From a bacterium (GTDB lineage: Bacteria; Patescibacteriota; Dojkabacteria; B142; OLB20): a DNA stretch of 64,000 bases. Positions within the stretch are counted from its first letter, which is position 1, and each line of letters starts with the position of its first letter. Position numbers and translations under genes: made by a program. The stretch is taken from the NCBI GenBank assembly GCA_021463645.1, contig JAJTYI010000006.1, forward strand, positions 117,692-181,691, read 5' to 3'. The notes beneath the pieces are model-generated. The model made no database searches. It saw nothing but the letters and a program-made list of their open reading frames with translations, and had not been told where the DNA came from. Positions 1 through 9,744 of the stretch are shown piece after piece.

Positions 1-183
1 ACCAAACAAAGGACCTCTATCTTCTGGAATATCACGTGAACCAGTTAACTCTTTAACATCTGCTCTACAAATACCCATATAGTGAAGTTTTACAATGACT
101 TCGTTTTCATTTCCTGTCTCGAATTTGTTTTCAACAATTTCGACCTTACCGTTATTTAGCTTAGCGGACTTAAATATGATCAT
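1..183 (-). CDS. Zn-dependent alcohol dehydrogenase / MDR family protein, N-terminal part (runs off window start)
   Basis: Manual translation from ATG 183: MIIFKSAKLNNGKVEIVE...EVIVKLHYMGICRADVKELTG...PLFG, matching the GroES-like GIC-x-x-D ... G(HE) motif of MDR enzymes. Confidence 0.75.
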   Translation of the reverse strand, partial: MIIFKSAKLNNGKVEIVENKFETGNENEVIVKLHYMGICRADVKELTGSRDIPEDRGPLFG

Positions 184-185
184 AA

Positions 186-644
186 TTATTTATTTAATAG
201 AAAAACAACCAACATCAACAGCGCACTCCACCACCCCAGAAAAGAAATAATAAAACTAATAGTGATATTCCTTTGCCAATTTGATGGAAGTAGTTCGGAT
301 GACCTCCCTTCTTTTTCTCTTCTCAGGAGAAATGGACTAACTTTAAATGACAGAAATTGACCGTTTAATATCAAGATGATTGCAACGATTAGATGATACA
401 AAGGGATTCCTTGTAGATCTTCGTTTCTATAGAAAATTATTCCACCCAAAACTGACAAGGTAATCCCTGCCCATATTAATGGTTTTGTAACTTTGTGAGT
501 ACGAGTCGTGGCTTCTGTCCAATATGTTGATTTCCTGCCTAGGAATCCATGTAGATCTATGACGGTGACAGCACCGAGGCCCAAGACAAATCCTGAGAGA
601 AACATAAAAAGTGAGGCAATGTCGTAGAAATCAGATGATGTCAT
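186..644 (-). CDS. Hypothetical membrane protein (~4 TM)
   Basis: 152-aa ORF with four hydrophobic segments; tightly packed with its neighbours. Confidence 0.7.
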   Translation of the reverse strand: MTSSDFYDIASLFMFLSGFVLGLGAVTVIDLHGFLGRKSTYWTEATTRTHKVTKPLIWAGITLSVLGGIIFYRNEDLQGIPLYHLIVAIILILNGQFLSFKVSPFLLRREKEGRSSELLPSNWQRNITISFIISFLGWWSALLMLVVFLLNK

Positions 645-646
645 TT

Positions 647-1018
647 TTATTTCAATTCTTTCATATTAAACCATTGACGAAATTCAGTGCACTTGCCTTT
701 GTCGTCAAGAACCACATACCAAATTCCTTTCATCTCTACCCTAACTTTTGTGTCTATCAATGTAAAAATCGATTCTGCTGTAGCAATCCCAATATTGTTT
801 TTAACACTTATTATTTTGTAATCTACAGATAATCTTTTATGATTCAGAATACTTTGCCACTCTTTTAACAATTCTTCTTTGGTATTAATTGAGGGTTGGA
901 ATGGATTTTCATACCAGGAAAATTTATCAGCAACTATAGATTCTACTTTATTTGGTGTTTTGTTTAGCCAAATTTCTCTTAGTTTTTCAAACCACTCATC
1001 GAATTTGTTGTTTATCAT
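647..1018 (-). CDS. NTF2/SnoaL-like fold protein
   Basis: Pattern W...YENPF...W...GIWYVVLDDKGKCTEFRQWF is typical of NTF2-family proteins. Confidence 0.7.
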   Translation of the reverse strand: MINNKFDEWFEKLREIWLNKTPNKVESIVADKFSWYENPFQPSINTKEELLKEWQSILNHKRLSVDYKIISVKNNIGIATAESIFTLIDTKVRVEMKGIWYVVLDDKGKCTEFRQWFNMKELK

Positions 1019-1040
1019 TTAAGAAGAGTTAATATAATAC

Positions 1041-1165
1041 ACTCAGCTCCGCGGAGAGGACTCCTAAACCAGCAGTTAGTGAGCTATAAGTAACTATTAA
1101 GCTGGCCTGTCCTTGCGAAAGCAAGGATTAGTCCCCCGTAGCTTCAGCGGAGGGGGAGAACCTAT
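1041..1165 (-). repeat. Copy of tRNA-Asn T-arm and 3' end, with a 94-nt multi-hairpin insert in the T-loop
   Basis: 1041-1063 is identical to 1198-1220 (23 bp); GAACCT at 1158-1163 resumes the tRNA sequence (1221-1226); the insert 1064-1157 has three inverted repeats. Confidence 0.85.
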
Positions 1166-1203
1166 CCATATGATGTTGAATAATACTATGTTTATATACT
1201 CAG

Positions 1204-1275
1204 CTCCGCGGAGAGGACTCGAACCTCTAACCATTCGGTTAACAGCCGATCGCTCCACCATTGAGCTACCGCGGA
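1204..1275 (-). tRNA. tRNA-Asn (GTT), CCA not encoded
   Basis: Reverse complement TCCGCGGTAGCTCAATGGTGGAGCGATCGGCTGTTAACCGAATGGTTAGAGGTTCGAGTCCTCTCCGCGGAG folds as a cloverleaf with anticodon GTT. Confidence 0.96.
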
Positions 1276-1499
1276 ACCGAGAATATTAATATAGTTATTT
1301 ATAAAGAACTGTAATTGATGATTTTACCACTACTCTACATATTTGATAATTAAATCGAAAATTATTATTCGAATAATTGTCAAAACCTCCTAATTATAAC
1401 AACTAATTTACATATTATAAAAACTAATACCCCTAATAGTGAAAATTCATTATTCTCAAATTAAGTTGTATAATTCCCTATATATATTAAAGCTAAATA

Positions 1500-2105
1500 A
1501 TGCTAGATGAGCGATTTGTAATAATTGCCGGAATCATAAATATTTCAGGAATCCTACTCTATGTTTATGACACTATCAGAGGTCACTCAAAACCAAATCG
1601 TGTAACTTGGTTTTTGTGGTCATTAGTCCCTTTTATTGCATTCTCAGCACAAATAAAACAAGGCGTAGGACTCACGTCAATCCTCACTTTTACTTCAGGA
1701 TTTGGCCCTTTTCTGGTGTTAGTTACATCTTTATTAAACAAAAATGCTTATTGGGAATTAAAACGTTTTGATATAGTTTGTGGGGCAATTGCTATCATCG
1801 GGGTAATTTTGTGGTTGGTAACGAAAAATCCTAATTTAGCAATTATTTTCTCAATCACAGCTGATGGATTTGCTGCATTACCTACCTTGGTGAAGTCTTT
1901 TAAATTTCCAGAGACGGAGAGTATGGTTACTTATTTATTGGCTTCATTTGGGGCTTTATTAACATTGTTCACGATAGACACCTGGAAACTCGAATTCTTT
2001 GCATTTCCTTTGTACATCTTCGTCTTATGTTTGACCATAACCATATTCATTAAATTTAAAGTGGGTTCGAGGTTTGGATTTCAAAAAAATTCCGAGAAGA
2101 AATAG
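1500..2105 (+). CDS. Hypothetical multi-pass membrane protein
   Basis: 201 aa, ~7 hydrophobic segments, KPNRVTWFLW motif. Confidence 0.75.
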   Translation: MLDERFVIIAGIINISGILLYVYDTIRGHSKPNRVTWFLWSLVPFIAFSAQIKQGVGLTSILTFTSGFGPFLVLVTSLLNKNAYWELKRFDIVCGAIAIIGVILWLVTKNPNLAIIFSITADGFAALPTLVKSFKFPETESMVTYLLASFGALLTLFTIDTWKLEFFAFPLYIFVLCLTITIFIKFKVGSRFGFQKNSEKK

Positions 2106-2168
2106 CTCTTTTCAAAAACTATCCAATAAAATAATCTATGCTAAAATCAAATAATTAACGTCTCCCAA

Positions 2169-2855
2169 ATGAACAGAACTTTCAATACCCTTTTCTTACT
2201 TATTTCAGTCGACGGAAAGATTTCAACTGGGAGTGTTCCCGATAGAGATGTAGACAAAGATTACAAAAACCTACCCGGCATTAAAGAAGGTCTTCATCAA
2301 TATTACGAAATAGAGAAAACTACAGATAATTTCTCCCTGAACTCTGGATTTGTGATGTCAAAAATAGGAGTAAATACCGAGAAAAATCCAATTCATTGTC
2401 CAGGTGTAAACTTCATAATCCTTGATAACAACAACTTAAACACCCAGGGGATAACTAATCTTTGTGATAACGTCAAAACTTTGTTTTTGGTAACAACAAA
2501 TAAGAGCCATCCAGCTTTCAAGCTTAAAAATGACAATCTAGAAATCATTTATTACGAAAGTGAAGTAAATTTTGAAGATTTGTTTATTCGATTAAGAAAT
2601 GACTACAAAGCCAAGAGAGTAACAATACAATCTGGAGGGACACTAAACTCAATCTTTCTAAGGAAGGGATTAATTGATCGAGTTTCAATCGTAGTGGCAC
2701 CTTGCTTAGTTGGAGGAAAAGACACTCCCTCACTTATTGATGGGGATTCATTAATATCTGAAGCCGACTTGAAGAATATCAAATCACTTACATTGGAAAG
2801 CGTTAAACAGTTAGATGATAACTATTTACATATTATCTACAAAGTTAATAATTAA
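2169..2855 (+). CDS. RibD C-terminal / dihydrofolate reductase-family protein
   Basis: SVDGKIS, QSGGTLNSIFLRKGLIDRVSIVVAPCLVGG motifs. Confidence 0.85.
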   Translation: MNRTFNTLFLLISVDGKISTGSVPDRDVDKDYKNLPGIKEGLHQYYEIEKTTDNFSLNSGFVMSKIGVNTEKNPIHCPGVNFIILDNNNLNTQGITNLCDNVKTLFLVTTNKSHPAFKLKNDNLEIIYYESEVNFEDLFIRLRNDYKAKRVTIQSGGTLNSIFLRKGLIDRVSIVVAPCLVGGKDTPSLIDGDSLISEADLKNIKSLTLESVKQLDDNYLHIIYKVNN

Positions 2856-2857
2856 CC

Positions 2858-3433
2858 ATGAAAAACGCCATCATCCTTCACGGAACCTGCTCAGAACAAG
2901 AATATCTAGATACCCAATCACCACCTTTATCGTCAAATCATTGGATTCCGTGGTTACAAAAACAACTTTTGATTTTCGGTATTCACGCAAGAACCCCTCA
3001 AATGCCAGAAGCTCATAAACCTGATTACCTAAGATGGAAAACCGAATTTGAAATGACTATGGATGAAGATGTAAAAATTTTAATTGGGCATAGTTGCGGT
3101 GGTGGTTTTTTGACCAGATGGCTTTCCGAAAACACGATAAGTTTTGAGACAGTAGTCTTAGTAGCTCCTTGGCTCGATCCGGACAGAGTTAAAACAACCG
3201 ATTTCTTCGATTTTAATATTGATAAAAATCTCCCCACTCGAATAAATAACTTTTCTTTACTTATTTCCAATGACGACGATAAAGATATATTGGAATCAGT
3301 AGAAATGATTAAGACTAGCTTGCCTTCAATAAAGGTTTACGAGTTTGAAGATCGAGGTCACTTCACAATTGAAGAGTCAAAAAGAAACGACTTCCCTGAA
3401 TTACTCGAAGTAATATTAAGGGAAGCCGCATAG
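2858..3433 (+). CDS. RBBP9/YdeN-family alpha/beta hydrolase
   Basis: ILHG, HWIPWL, GHSCG nucleophile elbow, SNDD, GHF. Confidence 0.88.
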   Translation: MKNAIILHGTCSEQEYLDTQSPPLSSNHWIPWLQKQLLIFGIHARTPQMPEAHKPDYLRWKTEFEMTMDEDVKILIGHSCGGGFLTRWLSENTISFETVVLVAPWLDPDRVKTTDFFDFNIDKNLPTRINNFSLLISNDDDKDILESVEMIKTSLPSIKVYEFEDRGHFTIEESKRNDFPELLEVILREAA

Positions 3434-3451
3434 ATTCAAGACTTGAATTTC

Positions 3452-3742
3452 TTATGCATTCATTTTCTTTTTAGCATCTTTCTTCGCTTCATTTACGTCT
3501 TTTTTCAATTCTTTCTGAGCATTTTCAGCTTTTTCTTTTAACTCCTCTGCTTTTACCTTTAATTCCTCTCCTTTTTCTTTAGCTTTTTCTTTGGTCTCTG
3601 CAAGTTTTGCTTCTGCATCAGCTTTCATTTTCTTTGCTTTGTCTGACTTTGCAAAAACACCTAATGCTGTTCCAACAGCTAGACCTGCTGCTGCTGCACC
3701 AACTGCTAATTTTTTCCCATTGCCTTTTGACGTATTTGCCAT
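3452..3742 (-). CDS. YtxH-like small protein (TM plus Lys/Glu-rich helix)
   Basis: GAAAAGLAVGTALGVFA followed by a charged coiled region; ATG at 3742 preferred. Confidence 0.6.
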   Translation of the reverse strand: MANTSKGNGKKLAVGAAAAGLAVGTALGVFAKSDKAKKMKADAEAKLAETKEKAKEKGEELKVKAEELKEKAENAQKELKKDVNEAKKDAKKKMNA

Positions 3743-3886
3743 ATGAAATAACATAAAAATTAAATTATCTGTATATATTATACCTATGAAAATCCTTTAA
3801 TTGGGGATGTTTACAAAATGTTGATGTAAATATTACAGACTTGAAACAATATCTCTATTTCAAGATTAAAGTTGTTGTTAGTAGTT

Positions 3887-4765
3887 CTATTTTATTACTA
3901 GTAGGATTAACCCTACAAAACTTAACGATGCAGCTATCAGTTTCTTTGATAAATCTTTCCTTTCTCTCAACAATACTATTCCCAACAACACGGTAACTAT
4001 ACTTCCCACCTGCCCAACGCCAGATACCAGAGATGCATTATCTGCTTGAGTTAACGCTGCAAAGAATGTTATTGCTGCAATAGCGTACAAGGTTGAAAAT
4101 AACAAAATTTTTGGACCGAGTTTATCTTTTAACAATCCCACCGATTCTTGAACTGTTTTAGGTCTAACAAGGAACAAAATTATTCCAGGCACTATAAAAT
4201 CTATAAAAAGATATGGAACGTAATCAAACCAATCCAATAAATATTTATCACTTACTGTTGCGATTCCAAACGTAATCGAGGCTAGCAAAGCATAAATCTC
4301 TCCTCTACTGAAATTAAAAATTCCTTTCAATGACTTTGTGTTCAAGAATATAATTGCTGATAGAATCAGTAACGCACCGGTCATTTGCACAAAAGTTAGT
4401 TTCTCGTCTAAAAACATGGTAGCCGCAAAAATAGTGACTACCGATCGAAAGGAATAAATTACTGTGAACCTTGAAACCTCGACAGTCTGTAGTGATTTAA
4501 AACCAAATGCTGCATGCAAAGCATACAAAACACTAGAGAATAATATGAATATATATAGATTATTAGAGAAAGTTTGTTCGATTGTGGGAAAATTTTGACT
4601 CCCGATAAACAGTGCTATTATCAGACACACAATAGCACTAATGATTTGCGACAAGGCTGAATATGAATAAGAGCCCGAGATTTTGTTTTTCATCAGAACT
4701 CTTTGCAAAATCGCACCTAAGGAACCTGTTACAACAGAGAGCGTTATAAAAATTAGCCAGTTCAT
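3887..4765 (-). CDS. EamA/DMT-family transporter
   Basis: 10 TM in two repeats; FLDEKLT and LLRERK motifs. Confidence 0.88.
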   Translation of the reverse strand: MNWLIFITLSVVTGSLGAILQRVLMKNKISGSYSYSALSQIISAIVCLIIALFIGSQNFPTIEQTFSNNLYIFILFSSVLYALHAAFGFKSLQTVEVSRFTVIYSFRSVVTIFAATMFLDEKLTFVQMTGALLILSAIIFLNTKSLKGIFNFSRGEIYALLASITFGIATVSDKYLLDWFDYVPYLFIDFIVPGIILFLVRPKTVQESVGLLKDKLGPKILLFSTLYAIAAITFFAALTQADNASLVSGVGQVGSIVTVLLGIVLLRERKDLSKKLIAASLSFVGLILLVIK

Positions 4766-5607
4766 TCTACTTCTCCTTGTTTAACATACGAAAATTCTGG
4801 TTCATCCTCCTCTGACCTATCAGTATATTCAACTTCTTTTACCATATTATTAATCATTTTCTCTGCCAATCCTGGAAAGAATCTGTATACGTTGGAGAAA
4901 GTTTGGCTTGAACCAGGAATAACGATTCTCCTCTTATCAGTGAACGTAGCCTTGTAAACTTCTTCTGCCACCTCGTCAACCGTAAGTGCTTTACCCATCT
5001 TGGAAATATCGATATCTGCTTTTGTAGGATCAAAGAACTCTGTTAGCACTGCACCTGGATGTAATGTAGTGATTTTAACATTAAATTTCTTTAATTCAGA
5101 TCTTATAGAATCAGCAAAACCTGTAATAGCCCATTTGCTAGCGACATAGACAGACCATTGTGGCATCGTAATCAATCCGGCAAGTGATGAACAGAAAATT
5201 ATGTGTCCGAAATTTTGTCTAACCATCACCTCAGTTGCGAATTTAGCAACCATAATCATACCTTTTACGTTTACATCGAGGACTTTTTCAATTTCGTCTG
5301 CTGGTAATTCATAAATATTACCTACAAAACCGATTCCCGCATTATTGAAAACTACATCAATTTGTCTACCGTCTTTCGTTGCATCCAAAAATAGATTTCT
5401 CACATCGTCAATTTTTGTTACATCAGTTTGGAAAACTTCTGCTTTTCCGCCAAGTTCTTCAACCTTCTCCTTTACCTCTTCTAGTTTTTCTAATCTTCGT
5501 GCAGCCAATAATACTGTGGCGCCATCCTTAGCTGCTCTTAATGCGAATCCCATTCCAATTCCGCTAGATGCTCCGGTGACTAGAACGACTTTGTCTTTGA
5601 GTTTCAT
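4762..5607 (-). CDS. Short-chain dehydrogenase/reductase
   Basis: TGASSGIG, NNAG, YVASK motifs. Confidence 0.93.
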   Translation of the reverse strand: MKLKDKVVLVTGASSGIGMGFALRAAKDGATVLLAARRLEKLEEVKEKVEELGGKAEVFQTDVTKIDDVRNLFLDATKDGRQIDVVFNNAGIGFVGNIYELPADEIEKVLDVNVKGMIMVAKFATEVMVRQNFGHIIFCSSLAGLITMPQWSVYVASKWAITGFADSIRSELKKFNVKITTLHPGAVLTEFFDPTKADIDISKMGKALTVDEVAEEVYKATFTDKRRIVIPGSSQTFSNVYRFFPGLAEKMINNMVKEVEYTDRSEEDEPEFSYVKQGEVE

Positions 5608-5670
5608 ACTAAAAAATTAATAATTTAATATACGTATATTAACTGTTTATTATATTGTTTTCAAAATATA

Positions 5671-5925
5671 TCAATATTTATACAAAGGAGTTGCTGTCCA
5701 CTCTGGTTCGTATACTTTCCTTGGATTATTTAAATCTCTTAAAAATATTGAGTCACTAGTAACAACCGAACGCCACATTGCAGATTCATCGAAGTATCCT
5801 ATTAACCTTACCAATTGCTCTCCTGTAGGATAATAATCATTTTCGAGTATCTCAAAATATTAGAGTCCATCCATAATAATAGTTTCTGGGGTATATCTTT
5901 TTTCTTCACGAAATAGCTCTTCCAA
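5671..5925 (-). pseudogene. Possible degraded ORF (85 codons, one internal TAA)
   Basis: TTG 5925 gives LEELFREEKRYTPETIIMDGL*YFEILENDYYPTGEQLVRLIGYFDESAMWRSVVTSDSIFLRDLNNPRKVYEPEWTATPLYKY*; internal stop at 5860-5862. Confidence 0.4.
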
Positions 5926-6022
5926 TTTTTTAATTTAAACCCACGATTATACATCAAAGCCATTACTAGAATAATGTCCGAATTTATGGAATAATGTATA
6001 TAATACTTATTATCGAAAATTT

Positions 6023-6319
6023 ATGGATATCAATGATTTTGCTAAATTGGTGCTTGTTCTTTCTCTCTCGTTTAGTTTGGTCGGAATTGCGATACAAATT
6101 ATGCGACTACTCGGGACAACCAACGAAACTCTAAAATTGTCTCACGATATTCTAAAGAGCTTAACAAAACTTGGTGAAAAAGTTACAGAAGATTATTCAA
6201 AATTCAGTACTCACCTATTAACTCTCTCAGAATCAGTTTCAAGAATTGGTACGGATGTAGTAATACCGGTTGTTGGCTTATTTAGTTTTCTCGACAGATT
6301 TAAGTCTTCAAAAAAATAA
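6023..6319 (+). CDS. DUF948/YtxG-like small membrane protein
   Basis: N-terminal TM plus amphipathic helix, directly upstream of a YtxH-domain gene. Confidence 0.55.
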   Translation: MDINDFAKLVLVLSLSFSLVGIAIQIMRLLGTTNETLKLSHDILKSLTKLGEKVTEDYSKFSTHLLTLSESVSRIGTDVVIPVVGLFSFLDRFKSSKK

Positions 6320-6355
6320 TAGTATTTAATTATTTCTACTTATTAAATATTTAAA

Positions 6356-6664
6356 ATGTCCGAAAATTCAAAAAGGGAAGCTCAATCTTCAGGTGGATTA
6401 CTCAGTGGAATAGTTCTGGGTGGATTAATTGGCGCGACTCTAGGTGTATTATTCGCTCCTAAAAAAGGTGAGGATACCAGAAAACAAATCAAGAAAACTG
6501 GAGAGAAATATTACAAAACTGGAAAAGTAAAAGTAGAAGAACTAAAAAAGAAGGAAATTGATCCTAGATTAAAAACACTCGAGAAAGAAGCGAAGAAACG
6601 CGTTTCCGATGTCGAAAGAAGTGTAAAAAAAGTTGTTGCTGATAAAACTCCAAGCAAGAAATAG
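6356..6664 (+). CDS. YtxH domain protein
   Basis: GIVLGGLIGATLGVLFAPKKGEDTRKQI signature. Confidence 0.88.
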   Translation: MSENSKREAQSSGGLLSGIVLGGLIGATLGVLFAPKKGEDTRKQIKKTGEKYYKTGKVKVEELKKKEIDPRLKTLEKEAKKRVSDVERSVKKVVADKTPSKK

Positions 6665-6743
6665 TATTTGAATATAACTAAAAATCTCAAATATACTGTC
6701 ACTAGGCAATTTCTGTAAGTGATGATATAATATTAATACTTAT

Positions 6744-6777
6744 TCTTTGGCTGTTAGTTGCCGTCTACAGCTGAGGA
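6744..6777 (+). promoter_or_regulatory. Hairpin in rpsO 5' UTR (candidate S15 autoregulatory leader)
   Basis: TCTTTGGCTG-TTAG...CTA-CAGCTGAGGA pairs with G-U pairs; lies between TATAAT (6726-6731) and the rpsO ATG. Confidence 0.45.
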
Positions 6778-6804
6778 TTCTAGTTAAATTATTAAAAACA
6801 TAAA

Positions 6805-7074
6805 ATGGCACTTACAAAAGAACAAAAGTTGGATGTTATTTCCAAATACCGCACTAGTGATAGTGATACAGGATCACCACAAGTTCAAATCGCACTTCTT
6901 ACCCACGAGATAAACGATCTTATCGAGCACCTCAAAATCCACAAGAAAGACAAGCACTCAAGACGTGGTCTACTTGGAATGGTTGGAAGCAGAATGAGAC
7001 TGATGAAATATCTTGAGAGAAAAGAAGGTGTCGAAGCTGTAAACAAATTAAAAAAACAGCTAAAACTTAACTAA
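6805..7074 (+). CDS. rpsO: 30S ribosomal protein S15
   Basis: [24 protein letters not shown]. Confidence 0.98.
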   Translation: MALTKEQKLDVISKYRTSDSDTGSPQVQIALLTHEINDLIEHLKIHKKDKHSRRGLLGMVGSRMRLMKYLERKEGVEAVNKLKKQLKLN

Positions 7075-7126
7075 ACTTTCCTTACAACTCTTTTTCCAAT
7101 ACCCTCTTTTTTGGGTACAATAGGTT

Positions 7127-8179
7127 ATGGCTTACGGAAATTATAAAGCACAACCTAAGTACTCAAGTTTGAGGCGCAAACGCAGGACCAATCTACTTCG
7201 CACCCCAGACATTTCGGGTTCCAAGCATATTCTATTGGGGGTGATATCTCTCATATTTATGGTTCTAGTTTCATTTGCGTTATTAAGGTTTATAACTTCA
7301 GGGTATTTCAATATAAAAGAAATTACTCTAATAGGTTTGAGAGGTATTGAATACACCGAAGTTGAGAACAATCTAAGTGAATATTACGAAGAAAACATAT
7401 TGTTTATAAGTAGTAACGAACTAGAAAAACACCTATCAGAAAGTTCCCCTTCTTTTAAATCGGTAAATGTAAAAAAGTTTTGGCCAAACAAAGTGCAAAT
7501 CTACATTTCAGAGAAACAACCACTACTCTATTATGTTAACTTTACAGGGGTTTACATAGTTGATGAAGATGGATTAATCACTAAAATTATTTATTCTGAT
7601 CAAATCAATTTCAACGACGAACAGTTAAATGTAATTACTGGTGCAGAAGGTATAGATTCCAAACTTGTCGAAGAACGTCTTGCGTCAGAATATTCCTTGA
7701 CTCAAGAGGAGCTTCCTGATGAAGAAAAGGTTGATTTTGACTTTAACACCGTCCCTATTGACCAAAAATTTGAGATGTTAAATACGATAAGAGAAGAACT
7801 AATTGATCAATCCTTAGCCATTCTCCAAAACTATGCGCTTCAATTCGATCCTAGTATTTACCCCGATTTAAAAACGGTTTATGTGTTTGAAAATAAAGAA
7901 TACGAAATCCGCGAACCGGTAGACGAAAAAAGAGTTAGTCTCACAAGTGAAGTTTTAAGGTTTTTATCACAAAAAAACTTAACTATCGTTGAGGTTAATT
8001 GGGAAGGAAAATTCCTTGTTAGATTCAAGACTGACACAGGAAGACAATACATCTTTGGTACAAATAGAATACTATCTGAGCAATTAGAAGATTTCGAGAT
8101 TTTGTTAGCAGAGTTTAGCAAAGAAAATAAAAATTATTCCGAAATTGATTTTAGCTCTCGCAAAGTTTCTGTAAAATGA
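7127..8179 (+). CDS. ftsQ: FtsQ/DivIB-like POTRA protein, divergent
   Basis: TM then FNIKEITLIG...VKKFWPNKVQIYISEK POTRA pattern; C-terminal EIDF; directly upstream of ftsA. Confidence 0.75.
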   Translation: MAYGNYKAQPKYSSLRRKRRTNLLRTPDISGSKHILLGVISLIFMVLVSFALLRFITSGYFNIKEITLIGLRGIEYTEVENNLSEYYEENILFISSNELEKHLSESSPSFKSVNVKKFWPNKVQIYISEKQPLLYYVNFTGVYIVDEDGLITKIIYSDQINFNDEQLNVITGAEGIDSKLVEERLASEYSLTQEELPDEEKVDFDFNTVPIDQKFEMLNTIREELIDQSLAILQNYALQFDPSIYPDLKTVYVFENKEYEIREPVDEKRVSLTSEVLRFLSQKNLTIVEVNWEGKFLVRFKTDTGRQYIFGTNRILSEQLEDFEILLAEFSKENKNYSEIDFSSRKVSVK

Positions 8180-8277
8180 TATACTTTTTACTCTACTTGC
8201 GCATTGCTATGTAGTTAGATACATTTACATCGCACATCCGCTATAATAGAATATATTGATATTTCATTGAAATAACT

Positions 8278-9612
8278 ATGGCCGGTAGAATAATTACTGC
8301 AATCGATATTGGATCTACGAAAATCTCAACTATTATCGCCTCTATGGAAGAAGGCGGAACACCTGCAGTTATTGGTGTTGCGACCTCCCCTAGCCAAGGA
8401 CTAAAAAAAGGTGTCATCGTAAACATTGACGATGCTATTAATTCTATTGCAAATTCACTAGAAGCTGCTGAAAGAATGGCTGGGCTTACTGTTTCTTCGA
8501 TTTATATCTCGATCAACGGCAAACACATCACTAGCTTAAACAACAAAGGTGTTGTTGCTATTGCACAGGAAGAGATTACAACCGAAGACGTATTCCGCTC
8601 TATTGAAAGTGCTAGAACAGTTTCAATCCCACCATCGAGAGATATTTTACATGTAATACCTCGTGAGTTTATTGTGGACGCACAAGGCGACATAAAAGAT
8701 CCTATCGGAATGACTGGCACCAGACTAGAAGTAAACGCTCACATCATTTCTGCCACGACTTCTGCCCTTCATAATCTTGTGAAGTGTGTTCAACAAATCG
8801 GTCTTCAGGTAGATGATATTGTCTTTACAGGATGGGCTTCATCTACTAGCGTATTGACCCCCACTGAGAAAGAACTCGGAATAATGTGTTTAGATATTGG
8901 TGGCGGTACAACATCCATTACCACTTTTGTGGAGGATGCTATTACTTACAGTAGCTCAGTACCTTTTGGAGGTATCAATATCACAAGCGACTTAGCAATC
9001 GGATTACGTGTTTCACTAGAAGAAGCAGAAAAAATTAAACTAAACGCTGAAGAATTAATGAAAAACACATATGTATCTGATGAAGAGAGTGAAGCTACAA
9101 AAAGAAGAAAAGCCCTTCTCGCAGGGGAATCTGAAGAGGAAGAAGATGAAGATAAAAAAGAAACCAAAAAGAAAAAAGACGTTGTAGACATTTCCTCTCT
9201 AGATATCAAAGGCATGAAAACGATGTCGAGGAAGTTGTTTAACGAGATTGTCGAAGCTAGATTGAGTGAGATTTTTGATATCGTCATCAGACAAGTAGAA
9301 CAGTCTGGAAACGAGACTCGCCTTCCAGCTGGTATAGTTATCACCGGTGGATCTGCACTTATTCCAGGTATTGCTTCAGTTGCGAAGAAAGTCTTCGGAG
9401 TACCAGCGCGAGTTGCTTATCCTAAAGGTCTTGGAGGACTAGTTGATGAAATCTCATCCCCTGCATATGCTGTAGGACATGGACTTGTACTTTATGGCTC
9501 ATCTGAAGAAGGTTTTGAAACGAGCACTAAACGAACAGCATCAAAATCATCAAAGAAATCAGGAGGAGTCGGTAACCGTATTTCCAGTTTCTTTAAGAAT
9601 TTATTGCCATAG
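8278..9612 (+). CDS. ftsA: Cell division protein FtsA
   Basis: AIDIGSTKI, LDIGGGTT, GIVITGGSA, C-terminal amphipathic helix; acidic/basic insertion. Confidence 0.97.
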   Translation: MAGRIITAIDIGSTKISTIIASMEEGGTPAVIGVATSPSQGLKKGVIVNIDDAINSIANSLEAAERMAGLTVSSIYISINGKHITSLNNKGVVAIAQEEITTEDVFRSIESARTVSIPPSRDILHVIPREFIVDAQGDIKDPIGMTGTRLEVNAHIISATTSALHNLVKCVQQIGLQVDDIVFTGWASSTSVLTPTEKELGIMCLDIGGGTTSITTFVEDAITYSSSVPFGGINITSDLAIGLRVSLEEAEKIKLNAEELMKNTYVSDEESEATKRRKALLAGESEEEEDEDKKETKKKKDVVDISSLDIKGMKTMSRKLFNEIVEARLSEIFDIVIRQVEQSGNETRLPAGIVITGGSALIPGIASVAKKVFGVPARVAYPKGLGGLVDEISSPAYAVGHGLVLYGSSEEGFETSTKRTASKSSKKSGGVGNRISSFFKNLLP

Positions 9613-9744
9613 TACTTGCACAAATGGCATTTATTCATTAGACTGTTGTATTGCACACTCGCCTTACTTGATTAAAGCAAAGCTTTAATCTTATGCCTCT
9701 TGTTTATATTTTTTCAATATTTTCATTTTGGAATTATTACAATT

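Noticed and set aside
1041..1275. Prophage or genomic island bounded by tRNA att sites
   Set aside because: The repeats are only 157 bp apart (122-125 bp at the Arg locus), with no integrase or cargo between them.
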